DNA of 64,000 bases from Squalus acanthias (taxonomy: Eukaryota). The notes under the pieces are model-generated. The model was not told the DNA's origin. It saw nothing but the letters and a program-made list of their open reading frames with translations, and ran no database searches. The number at the start of each line of letters is the position of its first letter. Positions within the stretch are counted from its first letter, which is position 1. The DNA lies in assembly GCA_030390025.1 (NCBI GenBank), contig CM059433.1:23748001-23812000 (forward strand), read 5' to 3'. Positions 48,433 to 59,212 of the stretch are shown piece by piece. Both the position numbers and the translations under genes were made by a program.

Positions 48433-48465
48433 GTTAGCATTTCAGACAATTGCCCTTCATCAGAA
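48433..48465 (-). ncRNA. Degenerate minimal hammerhead-ribozyme motif in a Penelope-like remnant
   Basis: CTGATGA-A-GGGCA-AT-TGTCT-GAAA-TGCTAAC. The core is intact but stems I and III are poorly formed. Confidence 0.45.
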
Positions 48466-48564
48466 GCAGAAAATATTACAGATGAACAGTTTATAAGAAA
48501 GAACAGAGCGAGGTAAAGGGAAGGGGTAAAAACATATACACACACAAAAGAAAAATTAATCTAT

Positions 48565-50140
48565 TTTTTATTCGTTCATGGGATGTGGGCGTCGCTGGCA
48601 AGGCCAGCATTTATTGCCCATCCCCAATTGCCCTCGAGAAGGTGGCGGTGAGCCGCCTTAATGAACTGCTGCAGTCCGTGTGGTGAAGGCGCTCCCACAG
48701 TGCTGTTAGGGAGGGAGTTCCAGGATTTTGACCCAGCGACGATGAAGGATCGGCGATATACTTCCAAGTCAGGATGGTGTGTGACTTGGAGGGAACTTGC
48801 AAGTGGTGATGCTCCTATGTACCTGCTGCCCTTGTCCTTCTAGGTGGAAGAGGTCACAGGTTTGGGAGGTGCTGTCGAAGAAGCCTTGGTGAGTTGCTGC
48901 AGTGCATCTTGTCGATGGTACACACTGCAGCCACGGTACGCCGGTGGTGGAGGGAGTGGATGGGGTGCCAATCAAGTGGGCTGCTTTGTCCTGGATGGCG
49001 TCGAGCTTCTTGAGTGTTGTTGGAGCTGCACTCATCCAGGCAAGTTGGGAGTATTCCATCACACTGCTGACTTGTGCCTTGTAGATGGTGGAAAGGCTTT
49101 GGGGAGTCATGAGGTGAGTCACTCGCTGCAGAATACCCAGCCTCTTCCTGCTCTTGTAGCCACAGCATTTATATGGCTGGTCCAGTAAGATTCTGGTCAA
49201 TGGTGACCCCCAGGATGTTGATGGTGGAGGATTCAATGATGATAGTGCTGTTGAATGTCATGGGGAGGTGGTTAGACTCTCTCTTGTTGGAGATGGTCAT
49301 TGCCTGGCACTTGTGTGGCACGAATGTTACCTGCCACTTATCAGCCAAAGCTTGAGTGTTGTCCAGGTCTTGCTACATGCGGGTATGGACGGCTTCATTA
49401 TCTGAGGAGTTGCGAATGGAACTGAACACTGTGCAATCATCAGCAAACAGCTCCACTTCTGACCTTATGATGGACGGAAGGTCATTGATGAAGCAGCTGA
49501 AGATGGTTGAGCCTAGGACACTGCCCTGAGGAACTCTTGCAGCGATGTCCTGGGGCTGTGATGATTGACCGCCAACAACTACAACCATCTTCCTTTGTGC
49601 TTGGTATGACTGCAGCTAGTGGAGAGTTTTGCCCTGATTCCCATTGACTTGTTTTACTAGGGCTCCTTGATGCCACACTCAGTCAAATGCTGCCTTGATG
49701 TCAAGGGAAGTCACTCTCACCTCACCTCTGGAATTCAGCTGTTCTGTCCATGTTTGGACCAAGGCTGTAATGAGGTCTGGGGCTGAGTGGTCCTGGCAGA
49801 ACCCAAACTGGGCATCAGTGAGCAGGTTATTGGTGAGTAAGTGCCGCTTGATAGCACTGTCGACGACCCCTTCCATTACTCTGCTGATAATTGAGAGCAG
49901 GCTGATGGGGCGGTAATTGGCTGGATTGGATTTGCCCTGCTTTTTGTGGACATGACATGCCTGGGCAATTTTCCATTTTGTTGGGTAGATGCCAGTGCTT
50001 GTTCTGGAGCACAAGTCTTCAGCACTACAGGTGGGATGTTGTCGAGGCCCATAGCCTTTGCTGTATCCAGTGCGCTCAGCCGTTTCTTGATATCATGTGG
50101 AGTGAATCGAATTGGCTGAAGACTGGTTTCTGTGATGGTG
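48565..50140 (-). mobile_element. CR1-group LINE of a second family, 5'-truncated and frameshifted
   Basis: ALDTAKAMGLDNIP, NPANYRPISLL, LDIKAAFD, VPQGSVLG..FINDL, LFADD and AGSKSWNSLP. It has a distinct 3' UTR, a short copy of which lies at about 56235-56315. Confidence 0.9.
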
Positions 50141-50353
50141 GGGCCTTCACGCGGAGGTCCTTTTCTGTGCTTTACCAGCATCTCTGGAGGGGTTACTGAT
50201 CTCCAGTGCTCGCTCCTCCAACTTTGACAGCACCATGAGGTTGGGTGGTCCTCCTTCGATCTAACTCCTCTACCAGGTGTTGCCCACTGTCTTGTCTTAC
50301 AGAAATCAGAAGTCGCACAACACCAGGTTATAGTCCAACAGATTTATTTAATT

Positions 50354-50392
50354 TTACAAGCTTTCGGAGCTGTTCGCTCCTTCTTCAGGTAA
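50354..50392 (-). ncRNA. Minimal hammerhead-ribozyme motif in a Penelope-like terminal-repeat remnant (about 50308-50395)
   Basis: TTAC-CTGAAGA-A-GGAGC-GAACA-GCTCC-GAA-AGCT-T-GTAA gives stem I TTAC/GTAA, a perfect 5-bp stem II and a palindromic AGCT in the stem III position. It is followed by AATAAATCTGTTGGACTATAACCTGGTG. Confidence 0.65.
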
Positions 50393-50727
50393 GGTAGCTG
50401 TGAGAGAATCTCCCAGAATTCACAATATAAACACAGAAAAAATCTATTCAAATCTTTCCCTACATCAAAGACACACTTACAGAGAGAGAGAGAGAGAATT
50501 GATGAGTGTCTCCTGCAAAGAACAGTGCAGATGTGTTGGGCTGCTGGTGACAGGGAGAAGAAGCAAGAGGCAATCCAGATCGGCAGGTATTGAATTGAAA
50601 GCAGGTGTGTGGGGTCTGAAATTTGAGGAAGGAGCCATGAGAGAAGTTGGTGATTCTGCAAAGGCTTCTGTGTGAGAAGAGAGTGGTGCTAGTGGGAGAA
50701 AGGAAGAGGTGCGTGTGTGTTTGTAAT

Positions 50728-51016
50728 GAACATAAGAAATAGGAGCAGGAGTAGACCATTCAGCCCTTCAAGCTGATCTTCTACCTCAACTCCACCTTCC
50801 CGCACTATCTCCATATCCCTTGATTCCATTAGTATCCAAAAATCTATTGATCTCTGTCTTGAATATACTCAATGACTGAGCATCCACAGGCCTCTGAGGT
50901 AGAGAATTCCAAAGGTTCACAACCCTTTGAGTGAAGACATTTTTCCTCATCTCAGCTTTAAACGGCTGACTCCTTATTCTGAGACTGTGACCCCTAGTTC
51001 TAGGCTCCCCAGCCAG
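50728..51016 (-). mobile_element. CR1 3' end (continues at 54009)
   Basis: GAACATAAGAAATAGGAGCAGG tail and similarity to 2829-3150. It breaks at CCCCAGCCAG. Confidence 0.9.
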
Positions 51017-54008
51017 AACAACAACAACAACTTGTATTTATATAGTGCCTTTAACATAGTAAAATGTCCCAAGGTGCTTCACAGGAGTATTAAAGACAAA
51101 AAATTTGACACCGAACCACATAAGGAGAAATTAGGGCAGATGACCAAAAGCTTGGTCAAAGAGATAGGTTTTAAGGAGCATCTTAAAGGAGGAAAGAGAG
51201 GTAGGGAGGCGTAGGCTGGGAATTCCAGAGCTTAGGGTCTAGGCAACAGTAGGCACGGCCACCAATGGTTGAGCGATTATAATCAGGGATGTTCAAGAGG
51301 GCAGAATTAGGAGGAGCACAGATATCTCAGGGGGTTGTGGGGCTGGAGGAGATTACAGAGATAGGGAGGGGCGAGGCCATGGAGGGATTTGGAAACAAAG
51401 ATGAGAATTTTGAAATATAGGCATTGCTTAACTGGGAGCCAATGTAGGTCAGCGAGCACAGGGGTGATTGGTGAACGGGACTTGGTGCGAGTTAGGACAC
51501 AGGCAGCCGAGTTTTGGATGACCTCAAGTTTACGTAGGGTAGAATGTGGGAGGTCAGCCAAGAATGCATTGGAATAGTCAAGTCTAGAGGTAACAAAGGC
51601 ATGGATGAGGGTTTCAGCAGCGGATGAGCTGAGGCAAGAGTGGAGACGGGAGATGTAACAGAGGTGAAAATAGGCGGGCTTAGTTATGCTGCGGATATGT
51701 GGTCAGAAACTCATTTCAGGATCAAATATGACACCAAAGTTGCGAACAGTGTGGTTCAGCCTCAGACAGATGTTAGGGAGAGGGATGGAGTCAGTGGCTA
51801 GGGAACAGTTTGTGGCGTGGACCGAAAACAATGGGTCTTCCCAATATTTAATTGGAGAAAATTTCTGCTCATCCAGAATTGGATGTCGGACAAACAGTCT
51901 GACAATTTAGAGACTGTGGAGGGGTCGAGAGAAGTGGTGGTGAGGTAGAGCTGGGTGTCATCAGCGTACATGTGGAAACTGACACTGTATTTTTGGATGA
52001 TGTTGCCAAGTGGAGAGCCATTTAGGTACTGTGACGGGGTGGAAACCTGATCGGAGGGATTCAAGCATGGAGTTGCGGGAAAGGTGGGCACGGATTTGGG
52101 AGGCAACAACACGTTCACGGACTTGAGAGGAAAGGGAGGTTGGAGATGGGGCGGTAGTTTGCAAGGACGGAGGAGTCAAGGGTTGTTCTTTTTGAGAGGG
52201 GTGATGACGGCAGATTTGAGGGAGAGGGGGACAGTACCTGAGGAGAGAACACCGTTAACAATGTCAGTTAACATGGGAGCCAGAAAAGGAAGTTGGGTGG
52301 TCAGCAGTTTGGTGGGAATAGGGTCGAGGGAGCAGGAAGTGAGTCTTATGGACAAGATGAGCACAGAGAGATCATGAGGGAGAATCGAAGAGAAACTGGA
52401 GAAAGATGTGAGTTCAGGGCTAGGGCAGGGGGGAACCTTAGAGGAAGTTTGGCCCAGTGGGCTAAGGGAAAGAAAGGAAGTGGCAGAGGCAGCTGAACGG
52501 ATGGTCTCAATCTTAGAGACAATGAATTCCATGAACTCCTCACACTTGTTGTCGGGGGTGAGGGTGGAGGAGACAGGGGAGAGGGGTTTAAGACGACGGT
52601 TAGCAGTGGAAAATAGAAGCCGGGGGTTATCTTTGCATTCCAGAATGATTCTGGAATAGTGAGCAATTTTGGCAGACGAGAGCAGGACCAAATAATGCTT
52701 TATGTAGTCCAGCTAGATCTGGCGGCGAATGGCTTATCTAAGAGGGAGTCAAGCCTGGGACGGCGGCAGGAGAGTAGGAAGGTCGAAGAGTAATGAAGGA
52801 TTGGGGTAGGGTTTTGGGAGGGCAGAGTATCCCAGAGAGGAGAGATGAAAGGAGGCATGACAACAGGAGAGAGCGGTCAGGAAGGGATAGAGAGAAAAGG
52901 AAAAAGGGGGAGAAAAACAGTGGAAAAAGAAATGAACGGCTCGGGTTCGGACGGGCAGCCAAAGTGCACACGCGAATAGACACAGGGAAAAGCTCAGGTT
53001 ACATTAATGTGATACATATTTCCTGGTAGCAGGGAATAGGTTGGAGACAATAGTAGGGAGACCAGGGTCAAAGTCAGAGGTCCCATGGAGGGACAAAGCC
53101 GACATAAGCAGGATGGAGCCGGCAAGGAGCATCAACGAACCACTATCCAAATTCAGAGACAGGTGGAGTGAAGTGCAGAAGCTATTTGGAGGTTAGAGAG
53201 TTCAAGGATGGAGGTTGTTGCCGTAGGAGTGAGAGCCGGTAGTGGTGCAGAAAGATGATGGCAAAATTGACGCAAGTTGGAGGTCACCGTAGATAAAAGC
53301 AGCGGAGAAAATGTAAAACCACAAGCCAGCAACCAGCAAAGCTGAAAAACCAGCAGAACGAGTGACCGGACAGCAAGTGAAACAGCAGCTGCTAACCAGA
53401 AGCCAACAAAGCTGAAAAATCAGTCGAAACAATTCAGCAGAGACACAGCCGCAGTTTAAAAGTTATTTTATTAAAAAATCTTTAAGCAGCAGAGTTAGAG
53501 ACACAGCAGGTAAGTCTTACAGTGTAATCCAGTGCAGAAGCATAGTGGTGTAATCCAGTGTAGTTCAAAGCAAAAACGTAGTCTAGATGGTCAGAGAAGT
53601 CCAGGAGATTGGAAACCAACTTGAGAAAAGAATTCAGCAGCTTAAAACTTGAAGCGACTGAATAGCAGAGCAGAGTAGGGTTACAGCAGCTGAGTCAAAC
53701 AGTGTAGTCAGTAGAGCAGCGTAGTCCTGTTGGTAGAGGAATCCAAGTGATGGAAGTCAAATTTCAGCAGAGTTCCAGCAGTTGAAGGAGCTCAGTGAGA
53801 ACAAAGACACGCAGGGTTGGGCGATGGACAGTGGACTCTGCAGGGGTAGCTTTAAACTTGTAGTTTGAACTTGTAGTTTGGGCTGAAATGCCAGAGCCAG
53901 GGTACCTTAAACAATGGAAGAAAGGAAATTGGGGAAAGAAAGGGCAAAGGATGGCCAAGGATGCAGTTGAAGAGAAGAGCAGCCAGCCCAGGAGCCATCT
54001 TGGATCAT
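51017..54008 (-). mobile_element. L2 LINE with both termini, internally deleted, inserted in CR1 with a 6-bp TSD
   Basis: (TTG)n tail at 51017, with IQNSAACVLT..ITPVLADLHWLPV, FHMYADDTQLY and SCSLDPIPTKLL. The 5' end reads GATCCAAGATGGCTCC (YY1-type). TSD AGCCAG at 51011-51016 and 54009-54014. Confidence 0.85.
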
Positions 54009-54745
54009 AGCCAGGGGCAACATCCTCCCAGCATCTACCCTATCAAGCCTATACGTTTCAATGAGATCACCTCTCATTCTTCTAAATCTAGGAAACATAG
54101 GCCTAGTCTACTCAATCTCTCCTCATCCCAGGAATCAGTCTAGTGAACCTTCCTTAGGTAAGGAGACCAAAACTGTACAGTATTCCAGGTGTGGTCTCAG
54201 CAAGGCCCTATATAATTACAGTAGACTTCTTTACTCTTATGCTCCAATCCTTTTGCAATAAAAGCCAACATATCATGTGCCTTCCTAATTGCTTGCTGTA
54301 CCTGCATGTTAACTTTCTGTAAGTCGTGTACAAGCACACCCAGGTCCCTCTGAATACCAATGTTTCCCAGTCTCTCACCTTTAAAAAAATATTCTGCTTT
54401 TCTAATTTTCCTACCAAAGTGGATTACTTCACATTTCCTCACATTATACTTCATCTGCCACGTTTTTGCCCACTCACTTAACTGTCTCTATCCCTTTGCA
54501 GCCTCTTTGCGTCCTCCTCACAACTTACTTTCCTACCTAGCTTTGTATCATCAGCAAACTTGGATACATTACAGGTCCCCTCATCTAAGTCATGAATATA
54601 GATCGTAAATAGCTGAGGCCCAAGCACTGATCCTTGCAGTACCCCATTAGTAACAGCCTGCCAACCCAAAAATGACCCATTTATTCCTACTCTCTGTTTT
54701 GTCTGTTAACCAAGCTTCAAGTCTATGTCCCTTGCTAATATATGG
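54009..54745 (-). mobile_element. CR1 continuation (RT region)
   Basis: Resumes at AGCCAGGGGCAACATCCTCCC, with KCEVIHFG, KFADDTK and GSVLGPQLFTIYI. Confidence 0.92.
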
Positions 54746-54883
54746 TATAATGTGGCCTTGTGCTGGGTGGTGAAGGATGTGATGGAAGGGAGTGAATTGT
54801 TGAGAGTGGTGGGGGATGGGGGAAAGGACAAGTGCCATTTGTTGTTGAGAGAGATGGAGATGGAGAAATAAAGAGTTGTACTC

Positions 54884-55090
54884 ACCCTTGCTACTCATTT
54901 GAGGTCATTGAAGTGTTTACTACACTGCATCCAGTTCCTGTGGTGATGATCCTGTGCAATGTCTCTCCATGCCTGGTGGACCAGGTGTTTTGGGATCTTC
55001 CTGCCACTGGCTGGAAAAAGAACTTCCGTCCTCTTCCAGCAGAACCTCCAGGGAGGCTCGAGACCTTGCGGGCTTGTTTCCTCAACATCT
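54884..55090 (-). pseudogene. Decayed Harbinger Myb/SANT exon 1
   Basis: WRDIAQDHHHRNWMQCSKHFNDLK*VAR followed by a GTGAGT donor at the same position as in the intact copy at 490. Confidence 0.7.
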
Positions 55091-56164
55091 CTAACGCTTT
55101 CCCAAAATTTATCCGACAGTCAAATATAACCTCGCTTTAAGAGGTGATTACCGCTTTAAATAGGCCTCTGGCCGACCCGCTAGGAAATTGCACTCGAGAT
55201 GTGGGTGAGTTTCCTGGCTGGGCTGCAAATCGGGTGGGCAACCCACCTGTGAGATTCTAATGAGGCACAAAGTTAAAATACGCTGGGACTGTTGTCTGGG
55301 GCAATCCATGTTGATTGCTTGAGGGGAAACCACATGCATAGCACGTATTAAAGTGTCACCATGGCACATGTAGGTAACCAGCTCTGCACATGGTGTTCTA
55401 CTTTCACATTATATAAAGTCCTCAGACCCGAGACTGTTATCGCCTTTCCCCCTCAAGCTGGGTGTTCTCATTCGGTATGTCCAGTGGCACTGGTGCATGT
55501 AATATCCTGCCTGCACCAAAACAAGCCAAGTGGCTCCACAGCTGGAACAGTGAGGCATATTTTGTCACTGGTAAAGTTCAGCTACTAACGCTGAATGTGG
55601 TCATCCGACATTCCAGTATGTGCTAGCAGCAAAAGCATGGTACTGTGGCAGGGAGGGGAGAAGAGATTCATGAGATGTAGAGGCTGCAGAAAGGAAGGGG
55701 CAAGAGATGTGACGAGAGAAACAAATAAGCAGAAAGAAAATAGGTAGACGCAGCACATCCAGAAAAATTGGGACATTGTACAGGCTGCTAAAACATCAAA
55801 AGTGGCCCGGGCTGGTGTTCCTCCCATTTCCACTACTGCCGCCCCATTATAGAAGATGATACAGTCACAAAAGAGCGCTGCCCTGGCCTTTGCCGCCTCC
55901 ACTATGAGCTCTCCATCACCACTGCCGGTGTCAAAGACAGGGACAGTCACGCCCTCTACTGGAGAGAGGGAGGAACGTCCCTCGGTTAAAAAGCAATGGC
56001 CAAAGAATAAAAATCTTAGTGGTGTGCAGGCTCCCAACATCCCTGGGTAGACTTCGGCTCAGAAATTGGCTATAGTCCCTCTGCATGCTGCTAAAGTGCA
56101 GGATTCTGGCAGAAAGGTAGCAGCTAGGGATAGGGACGGAGTCAATGAAATGTACCAACCAACC

Positions 56165-56805
56165 AACAGGGTTTTACAGTAATTAGCAAAAGAACCAGAG
56201 GGGAGATGAGGAAAAACTTTTTTTCATGTTTTTTTTAATTTATTCGTTCACGGGCTGTGGGCATCGCTGGCAAGCCCAACATTTATTGCCCATCCCGAAT
56301 TGCCCCGGAGAAGGTAATGCAGAAGAGATTTACTAGAATGGTGCCAGGGATGAGGGACTTCAGTTACATGGAGCGACTGGAGAAGCTGCGATTGTTCTCC
56401 TTAGAGCAGAGAAGGTTAAGAAGAAATTTGATAGAGGTGTTCAAAATCATGAAAGGTTTTGCTAGAGTAAATAAGAAGAAACTGTTTGCAGTGGCAGAAG
56501 GATCAGTAACCAGAGGACACAGATTTAAGGTGATTGGCAAAAGAACCGGAGGCGACATGAGGAAATTTTTTTTTTTTTTTTTTTTAAACAGAGTTATGAT
56601 GATCTGGAATACACTGCCTGAAAGGCTGGTAGAAGCAGATTCAATAGTAACTTAAGAGAAAATTGGATAAATACTTGGAAGGGAAAAAAAAATTACAGGG
56701 CTATGGGGAAAGAACAGGCGAGTGGGATTACTTGGATAGCTCTACCAAAGAGCCAGCACAAACACAACAGGCCAAATGGCCTCCTTCTGTGCTGTATGAT
56801 TCTAA
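56165..56805 (+). mobile_element. Composite CR1 3' fragments
   Basis: [33 protein letters not shown], with tail GGCCTCCTTCTGTGCTGTATGATTCT. Confidence 0.9.
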
Positions 56806-57527
56806 TTGGAGGGGTCAGCTAATGTTGATATTAAAGAGGATCATAAGTCTGTTGGGGATGTTGACGACACGGACTCCACCTCCAGTGAGATGGTGGATTC
56901 CCTGGATGGGCTCGGCCCTCATTCCTGGGGCAGAGGTGCATCAATTCATTGAGTGCATCTACCACACAGGAATAAAGTGCAGTTAGCCCAGGAAAGGTGG
57001 CCTGATCTGACGATACTTCTCTGGTGGGTCCGCACTGTTGATAAGGTGGACCGAGAGGCAAATTCAAACTCGGTATCTGAGCCTTTCTGGATGGGAGTGT
57101 TGCATCTTCAGGGAATGGGAGACATGTAATAACCCTCCTCCCTCAGGCACACAGCGTGATCCTGAAGGTGGCACATAAACTCTTCACATGTAGACCATCA
57201 TCGCCAGCCTCAACCGACTGCAGGTTTCACAACTTCTCAATTCTTAGGGACTAGGGGAAGTCTTTCTCCCTTCCCTTTCTTTCCATTCGAGCTGCTTGGT
57301 GCCCCAAAGTTACATTATAAAGTGGAACTGAAACTGATAAGAGTTAGGTCGATTCTGCTGGGCTGAATTCTTGGCTTTGAAGTCAAAGTTTGAACCCCAC
57401 TCCAAGACAAACACATATGGTAGGCTGACACTGGTGTAGTCTGAAGGAGTGCAATATTGTTGGAGCAGAGATCAACAGAAGGCAATTCTTGTGTAGATTG
57501 GCAGCTGGTAAGAAATTCCTAGTATAT

Positions 57528-57700
57528 CAGAAACCCTCATCACATTTAACAAGTACTTAGATATGCACTTAAACTGCGTGGACTACAGGGCTAGGGACCA
57601 AGAGCTGGAAAATGGGGTTAGGCTGGATAGCTTTTTCAGCTGGCAGACACGATGGGCCGAATGGCCTCCTTCTGTGCATAAACTTCTATGGTTCTATGAA
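57528..57700 (+). mobile_element. CR1 3' end
   Basis: Matches 5622-5800 (CAGAAACCCTCATCACATT...GGCCGAATGGCCTCCTTCTGTGC). Confidence 0.85.
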
Positions 57701-58505
57701 CTTCACAAACTCTGGAATAGGATCATATGGGTGCACGAGATGGATGCACCTCCACTATTATTCTCTTACTGGTTAAGCGCTGGCCAAGATCAGTTTGGCG
57801 CAGTTTCGCAGATAGCTCTTTCAAGTAGGTTTGTGTTGCCTCCCCAAAAAAAATAGCAGTTGCGTCATCACGGATACCAAAAACATGTAGAGAAGGCAAT
57901 ATGATAATGACAAGATTTTTAGAATTATGAAGGGTTTTGACAGTCAATAGGGAGAGAGTTTTTCTGGTTGAGGAATCACAATGAAGTGTCATCAATTTAA
58001 AATTATTACTGAGAGTGAGCTTGTGTCAAATTATTTATGCAGAGGGTTGTTGGAGCAAGAAATGCTTCGAAGGGGAAACTGAACATTTATTTGCAGCGGT
58101 ATTAGCAAAAAGAGCCAACACAAACATTATGGACCTAATGGCTTCCTTCCATGCTGTAAACTTCTACAGTTCAACAAAATCAGAGTTATGATCTGCAACT
58201 GACTGTTAGAAAGCAATCGAGTTCAGGTCAACTCATCTCTTGTAACAAAGGGTTTGGTCTTTAAGCTTTTAACAAATGAACCAGGAATTCACTATGGGGA
58301 AAGTCGCAAGTCTGAACCTGCAGCCTGCAATCTTGTGGCACAACCCAAACCATTAGAATGATGTGCATTTCTCAAGCACACATCAACTTATGGCAATTAG
58401 ACCAAAGAATCCACCATTATAGATTGATTCAGTCTGTTGCCCTCGACAAGCAAAGTTAAATGTCTGCTTAGGCAATTCCGGAGGATATTTCCACCTCTAT
58501 ATATT

Positions 58506-59080
58506 GGCCCAGAATAACAGCAAGTTTAATGGCACTTGCCGTTGTGTAAATTGTGCGGCAACTTGTGGCAAGGAAGAGCCACCCAGTGAATTTGTTGCAT
58601 TTGTACATTAATTGTCCATTAAACTCCCTAGAAAGTTAGGGCTAGTAATTAAGTGTAAGTAACTTTTTAATGAGGCGATTTATGTTCCTGCAATGTCAAC
58701 CTCTCCGGCCAGAAATGGAACAATTGAAATTGTGGAGTCTTACTCTATAGGTAGCAAGTTGAGATTTTTTTTTTTTTTTAAATTTACTTCTCCTTTGTCT
58801 CTTTTTTCCTCTCAATCCAATCTTTCTTTCTGTACCTGATTTGATTCATTAATTCACCCTCCTTCTCTGCCGTTCTCTGTTTCTTTCTCAATCCTTAAAA
58901 TTCATTGGTTAACGAGATAGACTGTTGATCCCGTTGTTCACTGGGGTCTCAGATGCCCAGTTATCAGCTCACACTGCCAGCAATCTATCAGGCGAAACAT
59001 TTTTGAGCTGAAGGGCGAGGGGGAAAAGTCTAACTAACGTGGAATGCTACGAGATGCCCTGCTCCAGCAAATTCTGGGTC
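58506..59080. mobile_element. MITE with GGCCCAGAAT-type TIRs
   Basis: ATT-GGCCCAGAAT ... ATTCTGGGTC-ATA. Confidence 0.6.
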
Positions 59081-59212
59081 ATATTAGTGGTTTCACTCAA
59101 ATCTTGTGCTTGATAATTTGAAAATACATGGGGTCAAATGTTTATAGATAAAATTAACACAATGGCTGCAATTTCCATTATATGTCTATCCACCCCCAAT
59201 CGAAGAAATAAA

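Noticed and set aside
55300..56160. Possible zinc-knuckle (Tx1/L1 ORF1-like) remnant
   Set aside because: Only scattered Cys/His residues across frames. Neither orientation nor family could be supported.
44060..59200. TMEM14 or GSTA exons expected from human synteny
   Set aside because: I searched by eye for their motifs and found none. Small diverged exons could have been missed.
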